NCBI GenBank assembly: GCA_036785375.1 | Contig: JAWMAR010000562.1 | Location: 868,001-932,000, forward strand | Length of the DNA: 64,000 bases | Source: Leucoraja ocellata | Taxonomy: Eukaryota | Reading direction: 5' to 3' | In this document: positions 46,401-58,500 of the stretch, one piece after another | Layout of the letters: each line of letters starts with the position of its first letter | Position numbering within the stretch: the first letter of the stretch is position 1 | Notes under the pieces: model-generated | What the model was told of the DNA's origin: nothing | What the model saw: only the letters and a program-made list of their open reading frames with translations | The model's database searches: none | Position numbers and translations under genes: made by a program

Positions 46401-49400
46401 TGCGGAGGTTGGACTGGTGGATGGAGAGGAGACCGGCTGATATGGATCTGAGGGACCGTGAGGGTTGGTAGGGGGAGAGGAGAGGTTAGGCATTGGTCCT
46501 TTTTTATATGCCCTTAAAGCCGAGAATCCGATATGTTTTATTAGCCTCGTCATTAACCTGGCCAGTCACCTTTACAGATTGGTGAACATCACCAGATCTC
46601 TCTCTTTCAACAAGCCCTGTAAAATTATACCATTTATATCTTCATAAATTGAACTTTTCTTCTTCTGCCGATCATTAGATCGTATTCATAAAGGTTGAGT
46701 AGATCACCACAATCTATGTTTTTTTTTGTTTTAAATTCGAGAACCATAAAGGCTGGCATTGTTGAACCAATTAACGCAAACTGTATTCAAGCATAATCAC
46801 GATTTATTTATTTAAGGCAACATTTTGAATTAAGCTGTATAAATATATCCCGTGTGACAGGAGATGAAAAAGGCTCATCAGGTTTTCTTGAAACTTCACT
46901 GAGCAACATGATTAATGTGAAGAAGTTAATTATAATTCAATAGAACCATAAATATAAGTCAATGCTCCAGTAATTTAAGACTCAATGCTTGTCAATGAAA
47001 GGAGATGATGCAGGTACAATTCAGAACAGCTGATCCCAAATAAAAAGATTCTAATTAATAATGACCTACTACTTAAGGTGACAATTACTTTACAAATTCT
47101 TAAGGTGTTTGGAATTCTGCAAATGATTCTAAACTCTGCTCCTGGCCTCAATGGAATTGGTGAATCAATGAGATTTAACCTCAGAGCCAGACCCAATGTT
47201 CGCACATGGGAGGATCACTTTGATCGGACTAATTCCATGACCCTGCCAGTGGGGATAACTGACCTTTGACCTGGACAGGAAAGTTGTGTGGCCCATAACC
47301 GCATATTTTCATACGTATCTGGGTCTGTTAGCTGGTAATCGATGTGAGCGGAGAGATATTACTACGCTAACGTAGTTATATAAGATGATATCTCATGACT
47401 TGGGCAGCACCTTTGCCGACTGTTCATCGATCGATTGTCTTGCTGAGGTGCTAAGTATTGAATCTGCAACCTCCATCTGCTGGAGGTGAATTTACACAGA
47501 GGTTGGAATTGGAGCATCCATTGTAAATTGTATTGTAGCCATGTACTTTCATACACCTTTCAATATTGCAAGTCATATACCAATTTGTTGCCTCCCACAG
47601 TGTTTTCTACTCTCTCCATTAGACAAGGCTTTATTTCTAATTGATGTCTGAAGAATGGTCTCGACCCGAAACGTTACCTATTCCTTTTTTCCAGAGATGC
47701 TGTCTGACTGGTTGAGTTACTCCAGGTTTTTGTGTCTTTCTTTCTTGATGGAGCTGGCCACTGCCATTCAGTGCTGTCCACAGTCCGTAAACTCCGGCCT
47801 TTTCAAGGGTCACGTTCAGAGTGACTATCTCTGACTCTCTGTGCACTTCAGCTGGTTAGCTGGGTCTGAACATCGACTAAGTTTCAACAGGTAGTGTGAA
47901 GACCCCAGCCTGACATGGTCAACAGTTTGGCCTTGACTGAAGGCAAAGCTATGGGACGAGCATTGGCTTTCTGCCAAAGCAGCCATAGATTCCCTTATTC
48001 CCATACAAACGTTATTCCCTTATCATCTATCTAAACACTGTAAATGGCCCGATTGTAATTATGTATTGTCTTTCCGCTGACTGGATAGCACGCAACACTT
48101 GGGCTTGTACACTCTGGAGTTTAGAAGGGGATCTCATTGAAACATGTAAGATTGTTAAGGGTTTTGACACGCTAGAGGCAGGAAACATGTTCCCGATGTT
48201 GGGGGAGTCCAGAACTAGGGGCCACAGTTTAAGAATAAGGAGTAAGCCATTTAGAACGGAGACGAGGAAACACTTTTTCTCACAGAGAGTGGTGAGTCTG
48301 TGGAATTCTCTGCCTCAGAGGGCCGTGGAGGCGGGTTCTCTGGATGCTTTCAAGAGAGAGTTAGATAGGGCTCTTAAAAATAGCAGTCAGGGGATATGGG
48401 GGAGAGGGCAGGAACGGGGTACTGATTGGGGATGATCAGCCATGATCACATTGAATGGCGGTGCTGGCTCGAAGGGCCGAATGGCCTACTCCTGCACCTA
48501 TTGTCTATTGTCTATTGCAACAAAAAGCTTTTCACTGTATCTCGGTACACATGACAATAAACTAAACTGAACTGAACTGAAAGACGCTAACAATTTTAAA
48601 TAATTTTGACTTTTGGAGACATCTAAAAATATATATTTTTTTTTTTCCCCCATTTCAAGTCCGTGGGCAGCTGCCGATTGTTTAAAATTTTTTTATTTTA
48701 AATGGAATAAATTAATTAAACAAAATCAATTAAACACATGAAATAATTTGAAAATAATTAAAAATATAAAATTAAACCAAAATAATAAAAAAAGGAAAAT
48801 ATCTTTCCCTTTGCCTCCTGAGCAGGTGTAAAATATCAATTTATTCAGCAGGATTTTGGATCTCCTGCTAGGTCTGACATGCAAAACATGAAAGGAAATT
48901 CTCTTAACATTCTCTTAATGCTGGAATGTCACAGCGAGGCTAAACCTACTGCTGGGCTCCATGTGGAGTCCAACAAAGGAATGTGGTGCCTGTGAACCTG
49001 TCAGCAAGGTCACAGTGAGAGCGTTGAGCATTTTCCCCAGTTCACATGGTCACCATAAACACCAAGGTTCAGCTCATTCTGAACTGAGGGTGGCACGGTA
49101 GCGCAGCGGTAGAGTTGCTGCCTTACAGCGCTGGAGACCCGGGTTCGACCCTGACTACGGGTGCTGTCTGTGCGGAGTTTGTACGTTCTCTCTGTGACCT
49201 GCGTGGGTTTTCTCTGAGATCTTTACTCCCACACTCCAAAGACGTACAGGTTTGTAGGTTAAATGGCTTGGTGTAAAAGCAAAATGATCCCTAGTGTGTG
49301 TAGGATAGTGTTCTTCTTATCGAGTCCACACACACAAGATTAGAAGTTGTTCAGCCAGAGCTGAACACACTTCTCGGCATCTGCACACAATGGTGTCTGT

Positions 49401-51275
49401 CTTGTACGTGGTGGTGGATAGATTGGCGGAAACAGGGCCGCGACTTGAATGCCCTTGACTTGACCCTAGGATAGTGTTAATGTATGGGATCGCTGGTCGG
49501 TGCGGACTCGGTGGGCCAAAGAGCCTGTTTCCGCAATGTATCTCTAAACTAATTTCATTCAATTCATAAGTCTGAAGCAGGGTCTCAACCCGAAATGTCA
49601 CCCATTCCATCTCTCCGGAGATCCTGCCTGTCCCGCTAATTTACTCAGCATTTTGTGTCTATCTTCAGCTCATTGCTTTCTTCACGGGTCTCAATATTGC
49701 TAGTTGGGGAAGGTGGAGCTAACACAAGCTGTGTTACTGACAAAAGTATGTCATGTCTGTTTGACTTGTTTGATGTGAGGTATTTCTGGGTTTAATCAAA
49801 TACGCTTTACAGATGAATGAGATTGGATGCGATTATTGAAGCAGGAAGGAATTGTTAACTTTTCTACACTAGCCAGTCATCCTTCAACTTAACAATCGAG
49901 AGTTTAAAAGCATCTGACAAGTAAATGTGCTAACAGTGGGGACAGTATTGAATCAACGGAGCTTTCAAATGCCTTTTCAGCGGTTAATAGTGCTCAATAT
50001 AGACACACAAAGCTGTAGTAGCTCAGCGGGACAGGCGACATCACTGCAGAGATACAGCGCGGAAACAGGCCCTTTGGCACGCTGAGTCCGCACCGACCAG
50101 CGATCCCCGCACACTGACACTATCCTACACACACTAGGAACAATTTTGCATTTACACCAAGCCAATTAACCTACAAACCTGTACGCCTTTGGATTGTGGG
50201 AGGAAATTGAAGATCTTAGAGAAAACCCACGCAGGTCACGGGGAGAACGTACAAACTCCGTACAGACAGCACCCGTAGACAGGATCGAACCCGGGTCTCC
50301 GGCGCTGCGCCACCGTGCCGCACTCAATTTAGAATGAGCTGGACCGTGGTGTCTGTGGTGACCATTTGAACTGAGAAAAATGCTCAACGCTCCCACTGTG
50401 ACTTTGCTGACAGATTCACAGGCACCACATTCTTTTGTTGGACTCCACATGGAGTCCAACATCAATGATTGGGGGACAACGTGCCTTTAAAATGTGAAAT
50501 ATTAGAAGACCTCCAATTTGATGGCCCATATTTGGACAGGATTTGAAATGCAATCTTTGCACAAGATTGTCTCCTCAGTCGCCCAAAGAGTCATAGCGTC
50601 TCTTTCTGGTCACCGCTGGATTTTCAACATGTTGAACATTTTCGGCGACCTGCAACGACCTATGACGGGTGCCGGCAGTTGCCGAAAAAGTTGCGTAAGT
50701 GGGACATGCCCTTAGGCAACACCTCCAACCCAAGTGGGTCATGTTGGTGAGAGATTCAATGTCAGAAGCTTAGTTCTCAGGGCAAGTCTGTAATGATTTT
50801 AGATTTCACAAGATGTGTCAAGTTAAGACTCTTGCTTCACAGATTAGGTTCAGTTTTGGTTTTATGTTGGGCAGCAAGGTGCTGCATTAAATTAGGACCC
50901 TCATTGTTGCAATGTAGTGCCACAATTACAATGCCATGGTATGGTCTGATTCTCTCTCCATGTCTACGCTGGTCCATCTCCCTATCTCCCTCTCTGTCTC
51001 TCTTTCTATTCACCCCCTCCCCACCTCTACCACCCCACTATAATGCTAAACAGATTGGCCTATTTCCTTTGTTCCATAGATGCTGCCGCACCTGCTGAGT
51101 TTCTCCAGCATTTTTGTCTACCTTCGATTTTCCAGCATCTGCAGTTCCTTCTTAACCATAATGCTAAACAGCTTATTGTTTAAGAGGGAACTGCAGATGC
51201 TGGAAAATCGAAGGTTACACAAAAAAGCTGGAGAAACTCAGCGGGTGCAGCAGCATCTATGGAGCGAAGGAAATA

Positions 51276-51310
51276 GGCAACGTTTCGGGCCGAAACCCTT
51301 CTTCAGACTG
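51276..51310 (-). ncRNA. Minimal type I hammerhead ribozyme motif in the Penelope 3' terminal repeat
   Basis: RNA CAGU-CUGAAGA-A-GGGU(UUCG)GCCC-GAAAC-GUU-GCC has an intact core, a UUCG-capped stem II and a palindromic AACGUU stem III. Stem I is weak. Confidence 0.7.
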
Positions 51311-51422
51311 ATCGGGGGCAGGGGTGGGTGGGGACAAGAAAGGGAAAAGGAGGAGGAGCCCGAAGGCTGGGGGATAGGAGGAGACAGCAGGGGGGCTGAG
51401 GAAGGGGAGGAGACAGCAAGGA

Positions 51423-52592
51423 CTAACAAAATTGGGAGAATTCGATGTTCATGCCCCCGGGGTGCAGACTCCCCAAACGGAATATGAGGTGCTGTTCCTC
51501 CAATTTCCGGTGCTGCTCGCTGTGGCCATGGAGGAGACCCAGGACAGAGAGGTCGGAGACGGAGTGGGAGGGGGAGTTGAAGTGCTGAGCCACCGGGAGG
51601 TCAGCTTGGTTATTGCGGACCGAGCGGAGGTGTTCGGCGAAACGATCGCCCAACCTCCGCTTGGTCTCACCGATATAGATCTGCTGACATCTAGAGCAGC
51701 GGACGCAATAGATGAGGTTGGAAGAGATGCAGGTAAACCTCTGTCGCACCTGGAACGATTGCTTGGGTCCTTGAACGGAGTCGAGGGGGGAGGTAAAGGG
51801 ACAAGTGTTGCATCTCCTGCGGCCGCAAGGGAAAGTGCCCGGGGAGGGGGTGGACCGAGAGGGAAGGGAAGAATTGACAAGGGAGTTATGGAGGGTGCGG
51901 TCTTTGCGGAAGGCAGATATGGGGGGAGATGGGAAGATGTGGCGAGTGGTGGGGTCACGTTGGAGGTGGCGAAACTGACGGAGGATTACTTTTTGTATGT
52001 GACGGCTGGTGGGGTGAAAGGTGAGGACTAGGGGGACTCGGACCTTGTTGCGAGTGCGGGGATGGGGAGAGAGAGCAGTGTTGCGGGGTATGGAGGAGAC
52101 CCTGGTGCGAGCCTCATTTATGGTGGAGGAGGGGAACCCCCGTTCCCTGAATAATGAGGACATTTCAGATGTCCTGGTGTGGAACGCCTCATCCGTGGAG
52201 CAGATGCGGCGTAGACGGAGGAATTGGGAGTAGGGGATGGAGTCCTTACAGGAAGCAGGGTGGGAAGAAGTGTAGTCCAGATAGCCATGGGAGTCAGTGG
52301 GTTTATAGTGTATGTCGGTCAGAAGTCTATCACCTGCAATGGAGATAGTGAGGTCAAGGAATGGTAGGGAAGTGTCGGAAATGGTCCAGGTGTATTTGAG
52401 TGCCGGATGGAAGTTAGTGGTGAAGTGGATGAAGTCAGTCAGTTGTGTGCGGGTGCATGAGGTGGCACCAAAGCAGTCGTCGATGTAGCGGAGGTAGAGG
52501 TCGGGGATGGGGCCCTGGTATGTATTGAACAAGGATTGCTCGACGTAACCTACAAATAGGCAGGCATAGCTGGGGCCCATGCGTGTGCCCAT
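51423..52592 (-). CDS. Penelope RT (C-terminal half) plus GIY-YIG endonuclease
   Basis: MG..MGPSYA, YLRYIDD, FLDL, Cys linker CGRRRCNTC, and NLIY..IYIGET..RFAEH. The frame is uninterrupted. Confidence 0.93.
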   Translation of the reverse strand: MGTRMGPSYACLFVGYVEQSLFNTYQGPIPDLYLRYIDDCFGATSCTRTQLTDFIHFTTNFHPALKYTWTISDTSLPFLDLTISIAGDRLLTDIHYKPTDSHGYLDYTSSHPASCKDSIPYSQFLRLRRICSTDEAFHTRTSEMSSLFRERGFPSSTINEARTRVSSIPRNTALSPHPRTRNKVRVPLVLTFHPTSRHIQKVILRQFRHLQRDPTTRHIFPSPPISAFRKDRTLHNSLVNSSLPSRSTPSPGTFPCGRRRCNTCPFTSPLDSVQGPKQSFQVRQRFTCISSNLIYCVRCSRCQQIYIGETKRRLGDRFAEHLRSVRNNQADLPVAQHFNSPSHSVSDLSVLGLLHGHSEQHRKLEEQHLIFRLGSLHPGGMNIEFSQFC

Positions 52593-55500
52593 AGCTACGC
52601 CTTGTATTTGGAGGAAATGGGAGGAGTCGAACGTGAAGTTATTGAGGGAACAGTTCTAAACAGCTTGCTTGAAGAAAGTCATCCATGTCTTAAGATATAG
52701 ACAGGGTTGTTCAGGGATGCAATGAAGAGTTGCCATAACAAAGCAACTGTGATTGAAACAAATAGGGAGGCCCATCCATGATGGACACTGCTATCCCGCC
52801 ATGGACAGAGTTTCACGATTCATTTCATGTTTATAAAGATGTTATTAAAAAAACAACCTCATTCTTTGCCTCCAAACTTTAATCTCTGTTATAATACTTT
52901 TGTTATTGATAACGTCATACTTCTTCCCTTGGTTTTAACCCAAGATTACAAAATATTGTTTTGAACAAGTTCACGTCCCTGCATTTCCATTGACACGCAG
53001 ACACTTCGACTGCCAACTCATGTAACCGGTTCTTTCCACGAACATCCAAATTGTTGAATTCTTCATCTCTCACTCATCCAGCTACTGTTTGAAGACTGAT
53101 AATTGGGTAGGAGGATTGAGGGGTTGATTAGCGTGGGCAGTTGTGGGGATGGAAAGAGAGTGGGGAGGGTGGGGAGGGGCGTGGGGGGGGGGGTGACAAG
53201 GTTCAGGAGTTGGGATATTGATGGTGGTGGAGCACTAACTGAGGGGTGCGGATGGAGAATAGGGTGTGGATAAGGATAGGATGATGAGGTTAGCGATGGG
53301 GTGGGACACAGAGCTGGGGGCGGGAGGGCAAATAATGAGGTCTGGGAGTTCAGATAGTGATGAGATGGGCACAAGGTGAGGGGGGATGAGACTGGAGAAT
53401 GGGATAGTGATGAGGGTGGGGAGCATGGCACAAACAAGGGTGAATGATGAGGCTTAGGAGTTGGGAAAGTGACCGGGTGGGCACCAACAGGCAGATAGGA
53501 CTCAAGAATAGGGATGAGGGTGGGATGATGAGAGTGATGGAGTGGGACCCAGAGCTGGGGGATGAAGATGGAGAATAGGGTGTGGATTAGTATAGTGATC
53601 GGGTGGGACACAGAGCTGGGAGATTGGGGTGGAGAATAAGTCGGAGATGAGGGTAGCAAGATGAGATGAGTTTAGTTTAGTTTGGTTTAGAGATACAGCG
53701 CGGGCTGACCAGTGATCCCCGCACATTAACATTATCCTACACACTAGATACTATTTTTACATTTTTTTTTAAAGCCAATTAACCTACAAATCTGTGCGTC
53801 TTTGGAGTGTGGGAGGAAAGTGAAGATTTTGGGAAAAACCCCACGTAGGTCACGGGGAGAACGTACAAACTCCGTACATGCAGCACCCGTAGTCGGGATC
53901 AAACCCGGATCTACGGCGCTGCATTCATTGTAAGGCAGCAACTCTACCGCTGCGCCCATGTGCCATAACCGTGAGTGATGGGGTGTGACGCAGGGCCGGG
54001 GGAATGAGGGTGAGCAGCATTGGGATGGGGGTGGGGTAGATAAAGCAGTGCAGAGTGAGGACTGGGAGTCAGACTGTGCTGAGGGCAGGCTAGGGTTGCC
54101 AACATTGGGCTAATTGGTTTGTCCCATACGGGACCACCCTTGTCCCGTATTTGGCTGCTACTTCTCGGGTCCAGGAGACTGTCGGGTCGGAGGGCCGCGT
54201 CTGGCCCCGCCTCACCCATTCCCACGTAGTGCAGCCCATGGAGTGCAGCAGCAGCGTCTCGCCCGTGGCCCCGTCGGTCGGCAGGCCGGCCAGCTGTCCG
54301 ACCTTCGGACCTTCGCTTACCGCCAACACCACCGCCCCTCCTTCGTCGGTTCATGAGTTGGATGGTATGCTGGACTTTGCACGCGACATCGCGCGGGTCA
54401 AAACTCCTCAGCTGGCCCGCCGGCTGGGCTTTGTGTGCAGTCCAGCACCCGGGCCAACTCATCATTCTCCCAGCCATGGCCGAGTCGGTCAACGAATTGC
54501 CGTCGGGAATTTGTCCCTTGTTTTGACCTTTTCTTCCTTATTTGGGAGTGAGAAGGTTGGCAACCCTAGGGCAGGGAGTGAGGCAGATAGTAGAATGGAG
54601 GATGAGCATAGGTTGGGAGATGTTGAGGGTGAAGGTCGGGCATTGACAACAGCGGTATGTCAGCTAGGTGAGGGATGGAGAGAAATGGGGGTCACCATGC
54701 AACGTTATGTCTGGCATGTGGCTGGAGGGAAATTGATGTCCCATATTCTTCGACAGATGCCAGGTCAAAGACAGGCCACTAACTAACAGTGATGTTGGCC
54801 TCAGTCCACTGTTTAAAACCCGATTCACTGTTCTCCTGGGCTATGTACGAGCAGCAGAATTTTACACAAGGTTGTCAAAGGAACACCATCTAACATCACT
54901 CAGACTGCTGAGTAGCCTTTGTATTGCTGTGCACCACATACACAGAAGTGTTGGGAACAACATTCTCCTCTGTTGTCTGAAAATGATCCTCAAAACCCTG
55001 TGCTAAGTGGTCAGAAAGTGGTGGTCAACAAACCACCTAATAATATGCAATGTGGCAGTTCAGATGACTGGTTATATTAGCACAAGATTTTCAGGTTATT
55101 ATTAGGGTGAGTTGAGTGGGGACTAGATTAATTTTTCACTCACTACTTATGGTTAATATTCATGGACTAGTCAAGTTAAAAGAGCCATTTAATGTAACGA
55201 TCTGTATTTGAGCACCAGGGTATTATGATACCTAGGTCTGCTGAGGTTTCTGCAAGTAATGCTTAAGAAATGTTTTCGTGTAGAACTGCATTACCATCCA
55301 GTACACGATGCCATGTTGCCATGGTTACTCGACTCAAAGCTGCTCTCAGTGTGTGTGAAGATAAGGCCAGTTTCTATCTGACCTTACTGATACTCTAGTG
55401 CAACAAGGGAAAATTACACATCCCCACAAGCAGTGCTGTTAATATGTCTTCTTACCAGAGCCAATCTATCAGAGCTTGCCCACCGACAGGGCCCAAAACC

Positions 55501-58500
55501 CAGCTATCATTTAGCTGCAAACCTCAGGTCATGTTCATGTTGCTGCCATCATCAAGCTGAGAAATTCCACTCACGAAGCTTGATGGATTATTGGGCAGCG
55601 ATTAGGATGTTGAATACTGAAGAGTTTTTTAATTTTGTTTTTAGCATGAAGCATCCAGAGGGATTTTAGCAGCTGCGTTTGTAATTGGTCACAAATCAGA
55701 TTAATGATTCAACATTGAGTACGTGCATTTTAGGTCTGATTTCCAGCCTGATCTTTAAGCATTTAACTTAAAAACACAGCAACTGAATGTAAGCAATCTT
55801 AATACGCATGGTCATTGATACAATCCACGAATAATGTAAACAGCACATCTATCTGAAAGACATGGATATGCTGAGTTCCAGTAAATCACTTCTCCACTCT
55901 TAAAAAATCCTTGCTTTTACAGGATTTTATCTGAACAAATTGCATAAGGGAATTGTGAACTTTCTCCCTGTTTTTCTTTTATCAACCTGTTTCATCTTTC
56001 TTTTTTAAGAAAGCCTATTCCTTCTCTCCATAGATGCTGCCTCACCCGCTGAGTGCGTTGCCTGAGTTTCTCCGGCAATTTTTGTCTACTTTCGAGAGCT
56101 CAAGGCCAACATGTTCCTGTTAGAGTGAAGGGTATAACTGGAACAATTCAGAATATTGAGGTTACATTCAAGAAAAAGGAGGGAGTATACGTGATGTAAG
56201 AGAACACCTCAGAGAGAAACCAGGGGGGGCTAAATGAGGACATGAGATAGCTTTTGCAGATCAGGCAAAGAGAATAATAAAAATTGTGTGAAGCATATGA
56301 AGATCATAAAGGTAACTTGGAAAATAATAGGTCCCCCTTAAAGATTTGATCCCGGTTTGATCCTGACCTTGGCTGATGACCATGTGGGTTTCCTCTGGGT
56401 GCTCCAGTTTCCTCCCACATCTCAAAGACGTGCAGGTTTGTAGGTTAATTTCCCTCTGTAAATTGGCCCTAGTGTGTAGGGAGTGGAAGCTATAACACCA
56501 GGTTAAGCGCTCAACTAAGAAAACCAAGCTCAAAGCCAAAGTACAAACTACACTGAATATTCCAACATGCTAAGGACGATAACTAACTTCATATGCAGTA
56601 AACAGCTACCTACATGTTTACAAGCTCATTAAAAACAAACTGACCTTGTAGATATCAAGTGGGCTTATCAAGTGGGCATCTCACTTCACTGGTGTTTCGT
56701 TGAGTTAGGCCCACAACACCTCGGGAAGGCTCACTAGTTAGTGTTAACATGATCTATTGGAAGTGAAGTGTTTTATAATAGCATGTGGACATTTATAGTT
56801 ATGAACACAGATACACTCATTTTGAATGTCACATTTTGTTGAGGAGATGTATGTATTTAGTATGATAGGGTGTATATCCACCAGCTGTCTGAAGGTTAGT
56901 AATTTGCTGTGACTTCAGAAATAGCCATATACAGATATCCCTCGTAGGAGTGCAGTTGTATCCATTATTGCCGATTGACAGCTCTAACTGAATAAGGGAG
57001 GGGTAAATATGTACAGTATTGGAAAAACAACCACTAAATATTGACACACAATAAACAGGAATTGTCAAAAAATACATAATACTTAAAACATTGTAAATAC
57101 ATTTAAAACAGTCAAATAGACACAACATGCTGCAGTAACTCAGCAGGACAGGCAACACCTTTAGAGAGAAGGAATGGGTAATGTTTCGGGTTGTGTCTAT
57201 CTTCAGTGTAAACCAGCATCTGCAGTTCGTTCCTTCACAGGGGATTAAAGAATCCACATCTACAGACAAATAGCTACACATGATGCGGTGGCATAAATGG
57301 CACAAATATGATACATGGGGGAACTTGGTGATTATGACCATTTAAAGGAGAGGTTCTTATTTATATGGAATGCTTGGATTGATCCTTCAAAGTCACCAAT
57401 CAGCAGAAGAAAATGCCGTGATCCAAGTGTGGAAGGAAGCAACTTTATTAGTAAATGCGGACTTGGCCACTTATGTGACACTATCTGGACCATCTGGAGA
57501 GATCATTGGAATGTTAAAAGCATACTTTAACCCAGCAGCAAATAAAACCACATACTGGCCATCCCTGCGTTATAAACACCAGCTTTAAGGACATTGTGAC
57601 ACACAATCAAACTCCCATAATATTCAAAACTCATACCAATGCAGAACAAGTTCCTTTCTCACTCCCCATTTAATAATGGTTATTCTTTCTTATCAGTTGC
57701 ATGTGCTTTTGATACCATTCATTACAACACATGGAGGCATGGTAACATATTGAGTGATTTGTGTATATTTCCAACGCATGGAGAAAATCAACTTATAGAC
57801 GGATGTCTGTTCGTTACCAGGGGATGGCCTGTGTATACTGGTGCTTCTGTTAATGGCGATAAAGACATTTCATTTTCTTTTTATGTCGGGAGATGCTGCT
57901 GGGCTGAGATAAGATATAACTAACTGTGTGTTAAAGTGGTCTTTCGATACAATAACTGTTAATGCAATCACTTGCCTGTTTGACATTTAGAAAGTCTGTG
58001 AACAATGACATGTGCATTGCGAGCTAAACTGCTAAATTGGAGGAGATAAGAGGTTGTGGACAACTGTTCATTCGCAGGTTGGGTATCTTCAGGAAGAACA
58101 GGGAGGCAAATGAGGGAGTGGAGAAACAGAAACAATTGAATGCAGACTCTTCGTTTGTAGAACAAGATAATTGTGGGATGTCAGACTGACGACCGGGAAT
58201 TTAGACTGAATGTAATCAGGACATTTTCTGCCACATTTGAGAAGACAGACCATGATCAAGAGAAAATAGCAAGAAATTGTGTAAATGTAACTTGTCCCTA
58301 GTGTGTGTAGGATAGTGTTAATGTGCGGGGATCGCTGGTCGGTGCAGACTTGGTGGTCCGAAGGGCCTGTTTCCGCAGTGTATCTCTAAACTAAACTAAA
58401 CTAAACGTTTTCCCGGAGGTTTTCAGGAACACAGATTCCATTGCTAAGAGATAACTTAACACCATTGTTAATACTTGTATATCTATCTACTTCGTGCAGA

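Larger units (their letters stand above)
51175..52655 (-). mobile_element. Young 5'-truncated Penelope-like element (Neptune type), copy 2 only
   Basis: 11-bp TSD CTAAACAGCTT at 51164-51174 and 52656-52666. The empty site is at 7940-7950. Confidence 0.95.
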
